This document shows positions 38,703 to 50,000 of a stretch of DNA of 64,000 nt, piece by piece; the stretch's first letter is position 1, and the number at the start of each line of letters is the position of its first letter. The notes below the pieces were generated by a model, which saw nothing but the letters and a program-made list of their open reading frames with translations, had not been told where the DNA came from and ran no database searches. The stretch spans positions 1 to 64,000 of IMG/VR virus record IMGVR_UViG_3300011785_000001, one strand, 5' to 3'. A program made the translations under genes and the position numbers. This stretch comes from an uncultured virus (IMG/VR IMGVR_UViG_3300011785_000001) (Duplodnaviria > Heunggongvirae > Uroviricota > Caudoviricetes).

Positions 38703-40589
38703 ATGAGAGATTTAGAAGCCTTAAGTAAACAGTTAGGGTTTAGTGTTGTAGAACCACCTAGCGTTTTGAACAAAACAGTTCATGTCATAAGAGAAGGGTT
38801 ATACTACTTATCAGATATTGGTTGGAAGGATTTACCTGATAATTGCTACCTTAACAAACAAACATGTGGTTGTGGTGCGACCCATTTAGCCATTACTAAT
38901 GATGTAAACTATGTAATAGCATCACCCTATGTTCGATTGATTAACAACAAGGTTGAGCAACACAGTAATATTATACCAGTGTATTCTGATATTACAGATG
39001 GTGCAATTAAGAAGAAATACCTCAGTCAAAAGTCAGAGGGTTTGCCTATTAAGTTTATGACAACTTATGAGGGTGTTTCCAGACTGTTATCGTTTGAGTG
39101 GTTTAATCCAAAAGACTTTAAACTTATGGTAGATGAAAGTCATGATATAGTGAACTTCGGCTTATTTAGAAAAGAGGCTGTTAGTAATATTCTAACTAAC
39201 TTTTACCTGTTTTACTCTTATGTTTTTGTTACTGCAACACCTAATAAAGAGCACTTCCTACCTAAGCAATTGGTTGAAGTTCCTCACATAGAGTTGAATT
39301 GGAAGAGTGCTAAAACTGTTAAAATAAACATACAGAAAGCAAGTAAGAATGGTAATGACTTTATTGTAGAAAAGTGTCGTCAATTCCTTTATGGTGAGGT
39401 AGATGGCAATGCTCACATATTTTATAATAGTGTCAAAGAGATTGTTTCTGTTATCAAAGCTCTCAAGAAGCTACCAAACTACGATTCAAGTCAAGTGAAA
39501 GTTGTGTGTGCTGATAATGACTACAACAATCGTGCCGTTAAAAAAGAGGGATTAGATTTACTGTCTAAATCACTCCTAAATAGTAGAAAGATTAACTTTT
39601 ACACTAGCTGTGTTTTTGAAGGAGCTGATATTTACGATAAAGAGGGTAAGACATTCATTGTTGTTAATAACAAACGTAACAGTACGAAACTATGTATGAC
39701 TACCCTTGTACCTCAGATTTGTGGGAGGATTCGTGACAGTATTTATAACAGTGAAATCAACATGCTTGTTTGTGGTAATATTGATTGTGTTAAATACTCA
39801 AGAACACAGTGGTTTGAGATTGTTCTAGATAATATGATTGCTGCAAAAAGTGCTGTTGATAGTTTTATGTACACAAAGACTTTACCTAACAGTACGGCAA
39901 TCCTTAACCGTATGCGTAATAACGCCCTCTATGATCCATATTTGTTGGTGGATTACAATACTGGTGATATTTGCTTAAACGAGAGTGCCTTACATGCTGA
40001 GATGCAACGATATGATATTATTCACTCTCAGTATCAAATTCTATCAAAGAATGAGGATGAGTTTAAGAAGGAAGTGAGTAGTCTTTATGAAACCAACATT
40101 GTTGATGATGCTTTTGAAGGTTTGACTGGCTCATTTAAAAGTGTTGTTGATAAGGTTGTTGATTTTAGAGTGCTAATGCAAGAGTACATCACCTCAGTTA
40201 AGGATTTAGACTTGCAGAAATCATCTTTTATTGAAAATAACCACCCTTACTTAAAGTTGTATTATGAAGCTCTTGGTGAAGATAAAATTAAGGCTTTAAA
40301 GTATCGAAAGAAAGACGTTGAAAGAGAGTATTCTGTATTCAAACTGAAAGAGAGTAGATTCTTTGATGTTATCAAAAACATAAAAGTTGTTTCTGGTGAT
40401 ATTATTACTGTTAAAGAAGCCAAAGAGCTTGTTGACACTGCATACAAAACACTAGGAATTAAAACAAAGGTTACAGGAAAGACTTTTGAGGATTACTACA
40501 TTGTTGAGCCTAAGTTGGTTACAATTCAAGGCAAAAGACATAGAAGTTATAAAGTTCTCAGTGTTAAGAATGTGAATTTGCTTTACTAA
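38703..40589 (+). CDS. SF2 helicase-like / replication origin-binding-type protein
   Basis: Degenerate Walker A TCGCGAT, MVDESH, VTATP, IFYNSV, YTSCVFEGADI, QICGRIR. Confidence 0.8.
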   Translation: MRDLEALSKQLGFSVVEPPSVLNKTVHVIREGLYYLSDIGWKDLPDNCYLNKQTCGCGATHLAITNDVNYVIASPYVRLINNKVEQHSNIIPVYSDITDGAIKKKYLSQKSEGLPIKFMTTYEGVSRLLSFEWFNPKDFKLMVDESHDIVNFGLFRKEAVSNILTNFYLFYSYVFVTATPNKEHFLPKQLVEVPHIELNWKSAKTVKINIQKASKNGNDFIVEKCRQFLYGEVDGNAHIFYNSVKEIVSVIKALKKLPNYDSSQVKVVCADNDYNNRAVKKEGLDLLSKSLLNSRKINFYTSCVFEGADIYDKEGKTFIVVNNKRNSTKLCMTTLVPQICGRIRDSIYNSEINMLVCGNIDCVKYSRTQWFEIVLDNMIAAKSAVDSFMYTKTLPNSTAILNRMRNNALYDPYLLVDYNTGDICLNESALHAEMQRYDIIHSQYQILSKNEDEFKKEVSSLYETNIVDDAFEGLTGSFKSVVDKVVDFRVLMQEYITSVKDLDLQKSSFIENNHPYLKLYYEALGEDKIKALKYRKKDVEREYSVFKLKESRFFDVIKNIKVVSGDIITVKEAKELVDTAYKTLGIKTKVTGKTFEDYYIVEPKLVTIQGKRHRSYKVLSVKNVNLLY

Positions 40590-40595
40590 TACTTA

Positions 40596-40624
40596 TTGCA
40601 ACAACACACAACTTAATATATAAT
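40596..40624 (+). promoter_or_regulatory. sigma70-type promoter of the RNA ligase/PNK pair
   Basis: TTGCAA-17-TATAAT. Confidence 0.7.
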
Positions 40625-40656
40625 CAATTTTCAATCAAAAAGATAAAGGTGCCTAA

Positions 40657-41748
40657 ATGTCAAACCTAGTAGAAGATTTAAAGAGTGGTGTTATCAACCT
40701 TGATCACCTTGAGAATACACTACACATCAAAGTTAAAGAGTATGCTGACCGTATTGTATTAAACTACAATCAAATTGAAAGCCCTAAGAGTGATCCTTAT
40801 GTTATGCAATGTCGTGGGATTATTCTAGACAAGCATACATTTGATGTTATGTGTCTACCATTTGATAGATTCTTCAATTTAGATGAAGTTTACAACCACT
40901 CAAATATGATTGATTGGAGTAAAGCTAAATGCTATGAAAAAGTAGATGGTAGTTTGATTAAGATTTATCATGATGGTATGAAATGGTGTATTGCCACTCG
41001 TGGCACAGCCTTTGCTGAGAGTGACGTAAATGGTTTTCCTATTACATTTAAAGAGCTTGTATTGAAGTCTTTAGGTTGCTCTACAGATGAAGACTTCCAA
41101 GAGATCGCTAACGATTGTTTAGATTATGAAAACACATACTTAATGGAAGTCACAGCTAGAGAGAATCGTGTTGTAACAGCTTATGATGGATACAGTTTGT
41201 GGTGGTTAGCTACTCGAAATAAGTACACTGGTGAGTATTTAGATACAACGTCTAGCATCACCAACTTAGGGGCTAAGATTATTAAAAGCTATTCTTTTGG
41301 TAGTGTTTCTGATTGCGTCAAAACTGCCAGTGAATTACCAGACTTACAAGAAGGATATGTTTTGTATCAAGATGGTGTCCCGATGTGTAAGATTAAATCC
41401 CCAGCATATGTTGCTGTACATCACATCAAAGGGGAGGGTTTAAGTCCTAAACGTATTGCAGAACTTGTTTTAACTAACGAACAAGATGAATACTTAAAAT
41501 ACTTCCCAGAAGATCATCAGTATATCAACCCTGTAGTTTGTTCTTTGGAGCATCTTCTTCGTGCTATGCAGTATGTATTAGATGAAGTTTACGAAATTGA
41601 AGATCAAAAGACATTTGCTTTAGAGGTAAAAGATTATCCATTTAGTGCTGTGCTGTTTCAATGGAAAAAGAAAGGTGGTGATGTTGTTGACTTATTCCAC
41701 CAACAACCACTAAACTACAAGGTAAAGTTATTACTTGATTGTGTTTAA
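40657..41748 (+). CDS. rnlA: RNA ligase 1 (T4 RnlA-like)
   Basis: CRGIIL, PFDRFFN, EKVDGSLI adenylation motif, EGYVL, KIKS..Y. Confidence 0.9.
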   Translation: MSNLVEDLKSGVINLDHLENTLHIKVKEYADRIVLNYNQIESPKSDPYVMQCRGIILDKHTFDVMCLPFDRFFNLDEVYNHSNMIDWSKAKCYEKVDGSLIKIYHDGMKWCIATRGTAFAESDVNGFPITFKELVLKSLGCSTDEDFQEIANDCLDYENTYLMEVTARENRVVTAYDGYSLWWLATRNKYTGEYLDTTSSITNLGAKIIKSYSFGSVSDCVKTASELPDLQEGYVLYQDGVPMCKIKSPAYVAVHHIKGEGLSPKRIAELVLTNEQDEYLKYFPEDHQYINPVVCSLEHLLRAMQYVLDEVYEIEDQKTFALEVKDYPFSAVLFQWKKKGGDVVDLFHQQPLNYKVKLLLDCV

Positions 41749-41758
41749 GGAGACTGAT

Positions 41759-42670
41759 TTGAGTAAGTTAAAATTAATTATCACTGTTGGAATCAGTGCT
41801 AGTGGTAAAACAACTTGGGTGGATGATTTTCTTTACGGTAAAGACAGCTCTTCTTGGGTTAATATTAATCGCGATGACATTCGTTTTAATTTTTTGAGTT
41901 ATGCTGATGGGTGGGACACTTATAAATTCACCAAAGCAAAGGAAAATGAAGTTTCCAATGTTGAAATGCAACAGTTTAATGAAGCTGTAGAATATGGTAA
42001 GAATATTATCATATCTAACACAAATTTAAATCCAAAGATTCGCAATAAGTGGGTTAAGCTTGGTGAAGATAATGGCTATGTTGTTGAAATTAAATCATTT
42101 GACATTTCATTAGAAGCAGCTTATAAGCGTGATCAATTTCGAGGTAAGTTTAGTGTTGGGCGAGATGTCTTAAACCGACAATGGAAACAGTGGTTGGAAT
42201 TTAGTGGAAGTTACAAGTATGTACGAAACACTAAGTTACCAAAAGCTATTGTTGTAGATGTTGATGGGACTGTTGCTATTAAAGGAGATAGAAGCCCTTT
42301 TGATTGGAGTAAAGTAGGTCAAGACACCCCAAGAGGGTTTATTACCCTCTTGCTGTTGTCTTATTTGAAACAGTGGGAATCAGATAGTGTTATCTTCTTG
42401 TCTGGTCGAGATAGTGCTTGTCGTCACCAAACTTTAACTTGGTTGTCTAAGCACTTACACATCCCAATCTACAACATTAACTTGTTTATGCGAAAAGAGG
42501 GTGACATGAGGAAAGATAGTATTATTAAGTTGGAGTTATTTAAAGATCACATCGCTAATAATTACGATGTTTTAGCAGTGTTTGATGATCGACCTCAAGT
42601 TGTGGATATGTGGTATGATATTGGAATAGAAAATGTTATTTGTGTAGCAGATCAACGTATCAAGTTCTGA
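41759..42670 (+). CDS. pseT: Polynucleotide 5'-kinase/3'-phosphatase (T4 PseT-like)
   Basis: GISASGKTT, NRDDIR, DVDGT, SGR, FDDRPQVV; probable TTG start after AAGGAG. Confidence 0.92.
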   Translation: MSKLKLIITVGISASGKTTWVDDFLYGKDSSSWVNINRDDIRFNFLSYADGWDTYKFTKAKENEVSNVEMQQFNEAVEYGKNIIISNTNLNPKIRNKWVKLGEDNGYVVEIKSFDISLEAAYKRDQFRGKFSVGRDVLNRQWKQWLEFSGSYKYVRNTKLPKAIVVDVDGTVAIKGDRSPFDWSKVGQDTPRGFITLLLLSYLKQWESDSVIFLSGRDSACRHQTLTWLSKHLHIPIYNINLFMRKEGDMRKDSIIKLELFKDHIANNYDVLAVFDDRPQVVDMWYDIGIENVICVADQRIKF

Positions 42671-42757
42671 TTAAACATTTTCTGTTAAGTTAGTGATTTG
42701 ACAGTGTAGATTACCCCTCTTTATGGGTGGTTTTGTTTAATACTTCTCTAACACCCC

Positions 42758-42786
42758 TTGCACACTTCAATAATTCTTGATATATT
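42758..42786 (+). promoter_or_regulatory. sigma70-type promoter
   Basis: TTGCAC-17-TATATT. Confidence 0.65.
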
Positions 42787-42809
42787 GTGTTCATACAAAC
42801 GCAAATGTG

Positions 42810-42930
42810 CGAGCGGTGTCCCTCTCAAGTTACACTAGGAGAGTACCTATCGGTACGAGAGACACCCCTCAGTGTGAGAGGAATTCCTCTCGAATTAAAT
42901 TAGGAGTGTACCTAACGGTACTAGGAGAAA
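42810..42930 (+). promoter_or_regulatory. Structured leader with two GTACC/GGTAC hairpins (copies 2 and 3)
   Basis: GGTGTC..GACACC stem enclosing GTACC-TATC-GGTAC; GAGAGGAATTCCTCTC palindrome; TAGGAGTGTACC-TAAC-GGTACTAGGAGA before ATG 42935. Confidence 0.7.
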
Positions 42931-42934
42931 CAAA

Positions 42935-45900
42935 ATGGTTTTAATTGATAATAATGGCAATAAATGGGTGACTCGTGGTGGTTACGAAGTTGATGAGTCG
43001 GATAACATTACATGTTATTGGTGTATTCCACTGGAGGATTGTTCATATTTTGATGTTGAATGCGGTTCTTATACTAAGTTGAAACCAGAAGACATCGTTA
43101 GCACTGAATCTGAGTTTTAATACTATAATAGGAGAAACAAGATGAATAAGAAGCATTTAGAATTTAATCGGGTTGTTGGTATCGATTTCACGACTGAGCT
43201 TGCAGACTTATTACATGATAAGTTAAAATGTATTGGTGTTAATTCTGATCCAGAAGCTTTGTTCTGTAAGCTGTATGATGAAACATATTCAGACAAGTTG
43301 GATGAATTGATTCAAATGATTATTGAGGATTTGACTTAGGAGAGTGTAATGAACATCAATAAAGATTTAGAGATATTCTTCAAGCAAAACTCTTGGGAGA
43401 TTAATAAACTAAAAGGTGGTGATGTATTCTACTACATTGAAGATAATTTTAAGCCAAGTTTACCAAGTTATGTTGCTTGGCATATTGAGAACCAAGAGCT
43501 TGATGGTATTAAAAATGAATATGATCAAGGTTGGTATGATTGCTTAAAGATGATTGAAAGATATTTTAATGGAGAGTGATATGAGGAACCTATTAATTAA
43601 ACTATATGAATATCTTGTTGTGCTCTTACACCCTTCTTTCTGGATGCAGCTTTATGAGGATTACCCATACTCAGAATCTTTTGATCAATGGTGTAGAGAG
43701 AGCTTAAAACATGGCTTTGAGTTTAAAGATAAGGATGAATGGGTAGTAGTATTTAATGGAAGAGAGCTTTGGATAGCTAATGATAAACTGTGTTGTTTTA
43801 GACTAAATGAACGTAACAAACCCAAAGTTCAACCATCCCGATACACCAAGATTTTACTGTGGAAGAAGTTTGAGAGATATAAACGAAATAAACAACTATC
43901 TGAAATGGAGAATTGGAAATGAACAGAAACTTAAGAAGCATTCCGTCAATGCAGTTTGTAGTAAAGTACAAAAGCACTCTCCATCCTGAAATTAAACATC
44001 TAAGTGAAAATGAGATTATTGATTTTATATCAGACAGACTCTGTGATGAGGTTATGAAAAAACTTGGTGAATTCAACCAAGATAACTTAGAAGATATTAC
44101 CAATATTGCATTCAACATCACACAGAAGTATTTGAATTGTGGTTATGAAATAGATTCTGTGGAGGTCATAGATGAAATACCAAGTGACAATTAAACATAA
44201 TGTCTACGGAACAACTAAAACTTTCTCAATAACTGATGTAAACACATTAGATGTTAAAATCTTGTTGAATACTGTGACTTTTACCGTAACAGATAAATAC
44301 CCTGATCATCATGTTATTGCTTTAATTCGTGTAGAGTGATATAGTTAATTAAATTTTGTTAGGAGCTTTGAAAAATGAAACATTTATACTTAGAAGATTT
44401 ATCTGGACTTACTCAAGATGAAGTTAAACAACACATTGTATGTAGTTATGAGTACCCTTTGGAGCAATTAGAGAATTACGATATTCTAGTTGCTTATGAG
44501 AGTGTTGGTAGTTGGGGTTGTGATAGTAGCTCTTGGTTTTTAATCAAGGATAAAACAACTGGTGAGTTGTATGAAACACATGGTAGTCATTGCTCTTGTT
44601 ATGGATTTGAAGGACAATTTGAACCTGAACATACAACTGTAAAATACTTACAATCTGATAAGTTCTATTTCTGCTGTGGTGGATATGATTATAATGAGAA
44701 AAGTAATTCTCAAGCTGTTAAAGACTATTTGATGAGTTTAGGAGATTGATAAATGTTAATTCGATGTGAGATGAAATATAACGAAGCTTTCGTATCAGCA
44801 TTTGAAGATTGGTTGCAAGACTCTTATCCCGATGATCATTGGATGTTGGATAAAGTTTTCAATAATCCTAAACTGGCAAATTATTGGGAGTATGATAGTG
44901 ATCGTGTTGAAGAAATGTTTGATATTTGGTTAAATGTTATTTATCAACAGAAAGTTAATCCTGAAAGGTTTAAGGATGTTGATGTTGATTATAAGTATTA
45001 GGAGATATAGATGGGTTTAAATATTTACTTTCTAGATGATCAAGGTGAAGATATTCAGATGGATTCACACTTGCAGATTACTCACAATCTTAATACTATT
45101 CTGCTAGAACTGGATAAGATTAAGGGTGGTGAAACTTGTTACTATAAATTAATCTGGAGACCTGATGAGATTTACAATTGTGAAAACGGCAGGGTAACTG
45201 TAAAAAATGTTTTGTGTCATCTACCAGATTTACTTCAAGATTTAATGTATCATCAGGAAAAATTAGAACAACACCTACCTGAAAATGGTTATGGTAGTTT
45301 TGACTGGTTATACTCTTTCTTATGTGATTACATGAAAGAATGTTTGTTGCACCAAGATAGCTTTATCTACTGTTGTCGATAAGTATTAGGAGATGGTAAT
45401 CAAAAACAGTTTCATTAGAACACACTTAATACACCTAGAAACTCTTACACAGATTGTTCTAGGTAACATCATTGCATTAGTTATTTTGTATTGGTTCGGA
45501 ATGTCCCTAGAGCAGTCCTTACAACTACAAATAATCTTCTTTGTGACAAGTTATATTCGTAGTTACTGTGTGAGGAAGTTTTTCAGTACGATTGGGAGTA
45601 GTTAAATGCGTAAGATTAAAGTTGTTTCAGTAGAACATCTTGGTAGCAGATGGAGAGGTTTGTATATTTCTTTGGATGATATGAATAGCTACCTAGATGG
45701 TCATTTTTATTCAGAACAAGAAGGGTATGATTTCATATTTAACATTTGTGAGGCTGGATTCTACTACGACCCAGAAAAGCATGAGATTGTAGAAGATTAT
45801 TAATATTTAATTTGATTATTAATATCTAATTTGATTAGGGGAGTTGACATTGAGTTACCTCCCTTTTATTATGTCTGTATGTTTTATAGGAGAAACACAT

Positions 45901-46213
45901 GTTAAAAAGAATTGAGCAAGTTTATATACAAATATTGCGAATGGAAGAAAGCTCAGGAAACATTCAAATATTTGTAAGGCTTAAACGTAAAGACGGTGTT
46001 GGGTTGTTTGGGGAAACGCTGGAGTATAATTGTTTTCAAACAAAACACCTAGATTATAAAGAGTGTTTAGAACGTGCTTGGTTTTCAGCAACGAGCGTTT
46101 GTAATTTCATTGGGTGTACACCAGAAGATATTGTTATTACAGGGTTGTCTAACGAAGATCAAGAGGTAATGAAGCAGGGGTTATCTATGTTTCGTGGGAG
46201 AAAGTTTAAATGA
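42935..46213 (+). CDS. Run of small hypothetical ORFs (42935, 43142, 43349, ~43581, 43913, 44375, 44753, 45011, membrane 45393, 45606, 45899)
   Basis: Consecutive ORFs with GGAG RBS; 44375-44749 has a GSHCSCYG motif. Confidence 0.7.
45838..45874 (+). promoter_or_regulatory. Terminator hairpin containing a promoter -35
   Basis: GGGGAG-TTGACA..-CTCCCC-TTTT then TATTAT. Confidence 0.65.
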
Positions 46214-46914
46214 AATACTTACGTGATTATATCAAACCAAATAACATTAAAGAAACTAAAGTTTTATCACGCTTAAACTACGATATTACTAAGTTTATCA
46301 AAGATTCTAAAGTTGTTAATACAAACACTCTTGTTACAGATGCTTTTGTTTCTGACTACAACAAACTACTTAATGAGTTATACATGCAAGGGTATTTAAC
46401 CTTAGCTGATCATGGTGCTAACGGTATTCGTATTGTTGAATCTTATTGCGATGAATGGGTTAATCAATTGAGTGACTGTGATAAATCTTATGTTGAACGT
46501 AAACGTAAAGATATTGCTCCGTTATTTACATTTGATACAGAGTTCCATGAAACAGAGATTGTTAATAGTGGTGGTATGGAGTTTGATACTCTAGTAGCTT
46601 TGAAATACTTAGGTAAGAAACGTAATGCTCTATCTCGTGGTATTGAGTTTAAATTAACCCTAGCTGACATGGCTCGTATAATGCGTTCTAAGCGATGTTA
46701 TTACTCTAATGTGCCTCTTACCATAGATGGGGTGAATAAGCTCACTATAGACCGTATAGACGCATCTATCGGGTATACAAAGGAGAACTCCTGTGCTTGC
46801 AGTAAACAAGTGAATGATTTGAAGAATAAACTTCTGGAGAATCAAGAATTGATTAAAGATATGAGTGGTAAGGAAATTAAGAAGATGCTATTGTCTTTAG
46901 CAGGGTTAATTTAA
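46210..46914 (+). CDS. HNH-like endonuclease domain protein
   Basis: RGIEFKLT..CYYS..LTIDRID..GYTKEN..C..VNDLK. Confidence 0.7.
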   Translation: MKYLRDYIKPNNIKETKVLSRLNYDITKFIKDSKVVNTNTLVTDAFVSDYNKLLNELYMQGYLTLADHGANGIRIVESYCDEWVNQLSDCDKSYVERKRKDIAPLFTFDTEFHETEIVNSGGMEFDTLVALKYLGKKRNALSRGIEFKLTLADMARIMRSKRCYYSNVPLTIDGVNKLTIDRIDASIGYTKENSCACSKQVNDLKNKLLENQELIKDMSGKEIKKMLLSLAGLI

Positions 46915-46940
46915 CCCTATCTGATTTAGTTTAACATTAT

Positions 46941-46965
46941 GAGTGTACCTCTCGGTACTTGGAGA
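46941..46965 (+). promoter_or_regulatory. GTACC/GGTAC hairpin next to RBS (copy 4)
   Basis: GAGTGTACC-TCTC-GGTACTTGGAGA, ATG at 46971. Confidence 0.7.
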
Positions 46966-46970
46966 TTAAA

Positions 46971-48097
46971 ATGAAAACATTAACACGAATTGAAGCATGT
47001 CAGGTATTGTTATACGGAGGTAAACTTGAATATTCTCAGATTAATTCAGATTATTGGTCTGATGTAACCAATAGGGATTTAGTATTCACTTTAGATGATA
47101 ACTACATCTTTCGTGAAACACCAGAATATGAGTTTATTCAATATACACTTGATGAACTTGCTGCCCATTTAAAAACATTTGGTCGCACAGATGTTTGGGT
47201 GTTTGATGGAGAGTACTATGAAAAAGATAGCGTAATAGAATCAAGCAAGGATAATATCGCAATTAGAGCTTTTAGAGGTGATAAATTTTATAAACGTGTG
47301 GAAGCTGAATGATATACTATTTTAGCAGTATTTAAAAAATTAACATTGACACCTTATACAGAAATGTGTAGGGTGTATTTGTTTTAATTTAGGAGAAATA
47401 AATGAAAGAGTTTAATAAAGTTGGTGTATATAAAAACCTTCGTTTTGAACGTAAATTTGAAGATTTAAAACTAGAAGTGTGTAAGATCAATCCAAAATAC
47501 ATTCATACACTAACAAGAAAGAGTTTTAATACGTTAGATGAAATCAATAATTACATTGACGAGCTTATCTCTAAGCGTCCTAGATTCTTGGTATTATCAA
47601 AAACCCTTGAAGACAAAGAGTTGAAAGCTATTTATGGAGAGGATGTTGATGTTTTAAACAACAAACCGTCAGAGATTAAAAAGTTTACAGTAGAGTCTCA
47701 GTATGATTATACTTTGAGTGATGAATATTTTGACACCTACAAAACATTTAACTCAGTGAACGAGGTCAGAGCTTATCTTGCTGAAGACTTTGGTATGTTT
47801 GTTTATTGGTAACTATGACCTTGTTGGAGATTTTGAAGAATGAAAATTTATCTAAGCAATGAGTTAGTTATTCAAAGTTGTATTGCAGAGATTAACAAAT
47901 ACAACAGGAAAATTGGAGAGCTACATATTAAGTGGTATCAGCAAGGAAACCCCTTCTCACTTAAAGCCATGGATAGTTGTAAGTATGAGAATAGGATTTC
48001 AGAGTTAGAAACCTTAAAAGCTATGGCTGAAAGTAATACTGATATAAATTGTGAAGTTACAAATCATGAGTTTTTGTTGTTGAGAGGTGAGGTTTAA
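46971..48097 (+). CDS. Hypothetical ORFs (46971-47312, 47402-47812, 47840-48097)
   Basis: RBS, operon context. Confidence 0.65.
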
Positions 48098-48460
48098 ATG
48101 AGAGTCATTATAGCTGGTGGTCGTGATTTTAACGACTATGAAAGATTGTGCAAGATCATGAAGAAAGCTCAACAGAAGATTGACATTGAGTGCATTGTTT
48201 GTGGTAAAGCAAGAGGTGCTGATTCATTAGGTGAAAAATGGGCGTTAGAGAATGCTGTTAGGGTTGAGTATTTCATTCCAGACTGGGGACTTTTGGGTAA
48301 GAAAGCTGGTTTTGTTAGAAACTCTCAAATGAAAGATTATGCTAATGAAAACGGTGATGGATGTTTGATCGCTTTTTGGGATGAAGTTAGTAAAGGAACA
48401 AAGTCTATGATTAAACTAGCAGAATATGTTGGAATGCTGGTTAAGGTCTATAAGTATTAA
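48098..48460 (+). CDS. SLOG-family (DUF2493/YspA-like) protein
   Basis: VIIAGGRDF, GKARGAD, AGFVRNSQM, IAFWD..SKGT. Confidence 0.85.
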   Translation: MRVIIAGGRDFNDYERLCKIMKKAQQKIDIECIVCGKARGADSLGEKWALENAVRVEYFIPDWGLLGKKAGFVRNSQMKDYANENGDGCLIAFWDEVSKGTKSMIKLAEYVGMLVKVYKY

Positions 48461-48611
48461 TTGTGAAGGGTTTAAAACAATTATCATACTTGTAATTACA
48501 ATATAATTACTGTAGTAACAGTATCCCTATTGAAGTTTTATTTAAAGCTCTTGTATTATAATTTTAATATTGTCTAAATGACTGTTAAGAATATAATATA
48601 GGAGCTTTCTT

Positions 48612-49004
48612 ATGCCTACAAGAACATATCAAAAAAGAAATAACAACAGTGCAGCAAGCAGTAGAAGAACAACTAATAACAATACCAACTCATCCAACCT
48701 ATCCTCTTACGAATTTGAATACAGAGAGAATAAACACCCTGAATATCAATACATCAGTGATGACTCTAGAACAAAAATAACAACTCGTAAAGAGCGTAGT
48801 GAGATGCGTATAGAAAGACACCGTGAGGAAGATGATAAGTTCCATATAGGGCTTCTATTTGGGTGTCTGGTACTATCCTACCTGTTAAACTTTGCTTACG
48901 GATTTCAAGCTGGTACAACGATGTACGGGGTTGTATTTACTATAGGGTTAGTAGTTTGGTTAGTTGTAGCTTTGATGGATTATTTTAGAGAGGATAAGGA
49001 GTGA
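48612..49004 (+). CDS. Membrane protein with low-complexity N-terminus
   Basis: Asn/Arg/Thr-rich N-term, two C-terminal TM segments. Confidence 0.6.
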   Translation: MPTRTYQKRNNNSAASSRRTTNNNTNSSNLSSYEFEYRENKHPEYQYISDDSRTKITTRKERSEMRIERHREEDDKFHIGLLFGCLVLSYLLNFAYGFQAGTTMYGVVFTIGLVVWLVVALMDYFREDKE

Positions 49005-49030
49005 TTATGATAGGGATTAGTCGTTATAAG

Positions 49031-49056
49031 AAAGACCCATTACAGGGTCTTGTTTA
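49031..49056. terminator. Hairpin where plus and minus operons converge
   Basis: AAGACCC-ATTACA-GGGTCTT with A-rich and T-rich flanks. Confidence 0.5.
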
Positions 49057-49576
49057 ATTTTTCTAGCTTATGCAACTCCCACCTAATATCCATGAGCCAC
49101 AAGTCACCTTTACTATATTCGCGCAAACTGTAATACATACCATTATGTATATTCACAGCTACAGCCCATTCAGGTGCATTATCCAAAATCTTTTGCATTT
49201 GTTCAGGTGTCATCTAAAATACCCTCCAGCTCACTAAGTAAATCCGCAACAGTCCCTCGCATTGGTTGTCGTAATAGTTCTAAAGCCTTGTTTATTTGCT
49301 CCTGCTTGCTTTGCTGTCCAGCTTCAAATCCAATTTCAAAACCACATAACTCACTGTCATTGAAACCATATTCTTCATCATACTTTTTAAAATAATAATC
49401 AAAATCCATCAATCAACACTCCTGTATAAATAATAAATAATGCAAACGGTAATAAAAATAACAATGCAATGATGTCTCGTTTGTTCACTTAAATGTCTCA
49501 CACAATGAAAACCCAAAGTAAACTCCCAATACAAAACCTATGATGTAGAAAAATACCCAAGAAAAAGGATTACTCA

Positions 49577-49843
49577 TTATAAACTCTCCTCAAACAAAAC
49601 TTCACCACATTTAATTGATTGTACAGTTTCAAGGTTAATGCTTCGCCATTGACCAATGCTTAGATCATAGGCGCGTAAAATGTTCTCTTTAGTGTTTGGT
49701 AAACCATGACCCTTAACGCCCTTCTTAATGCCTGTTCTAGTCAACATTCTACGTACAGTTCCATCAAGTTTTACAAAATTAATAACATAGAAGCGACCTT
49801 TAGTTGAGTCGATTAAGGTTTTCACCAGTTGAATCTTGTTCAT
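49577..49843 (-). CDS. Small SH3/WYL-like beta-barrel protein
   Basis: FVKLDGTVRRM..YDL...WRSI pattern. Confidence 0.6.
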   Translation of the reverse strand: MNKIQLVKTLIDSTKGRFYVINFVKLDGTVRRMLTRTGIKKGVKGHGLPNTKENILRAYDLSIGQWRSINLETVQSIKCGEVLFEESL

Positions 49844-50000
49844 TTCATATTACTCCAATTTTTGCATAATAGTTATGCTTTGTATTTAATTAAATATTAA
49901 ATTAATTTGAATTGATAGTCAATACTTTATTTTAAGATTTCTTACAGACGTTAAAAGGGAGCTTAAAGCTCCATGTGTTGTTTACTTAATTCTCCACAAT

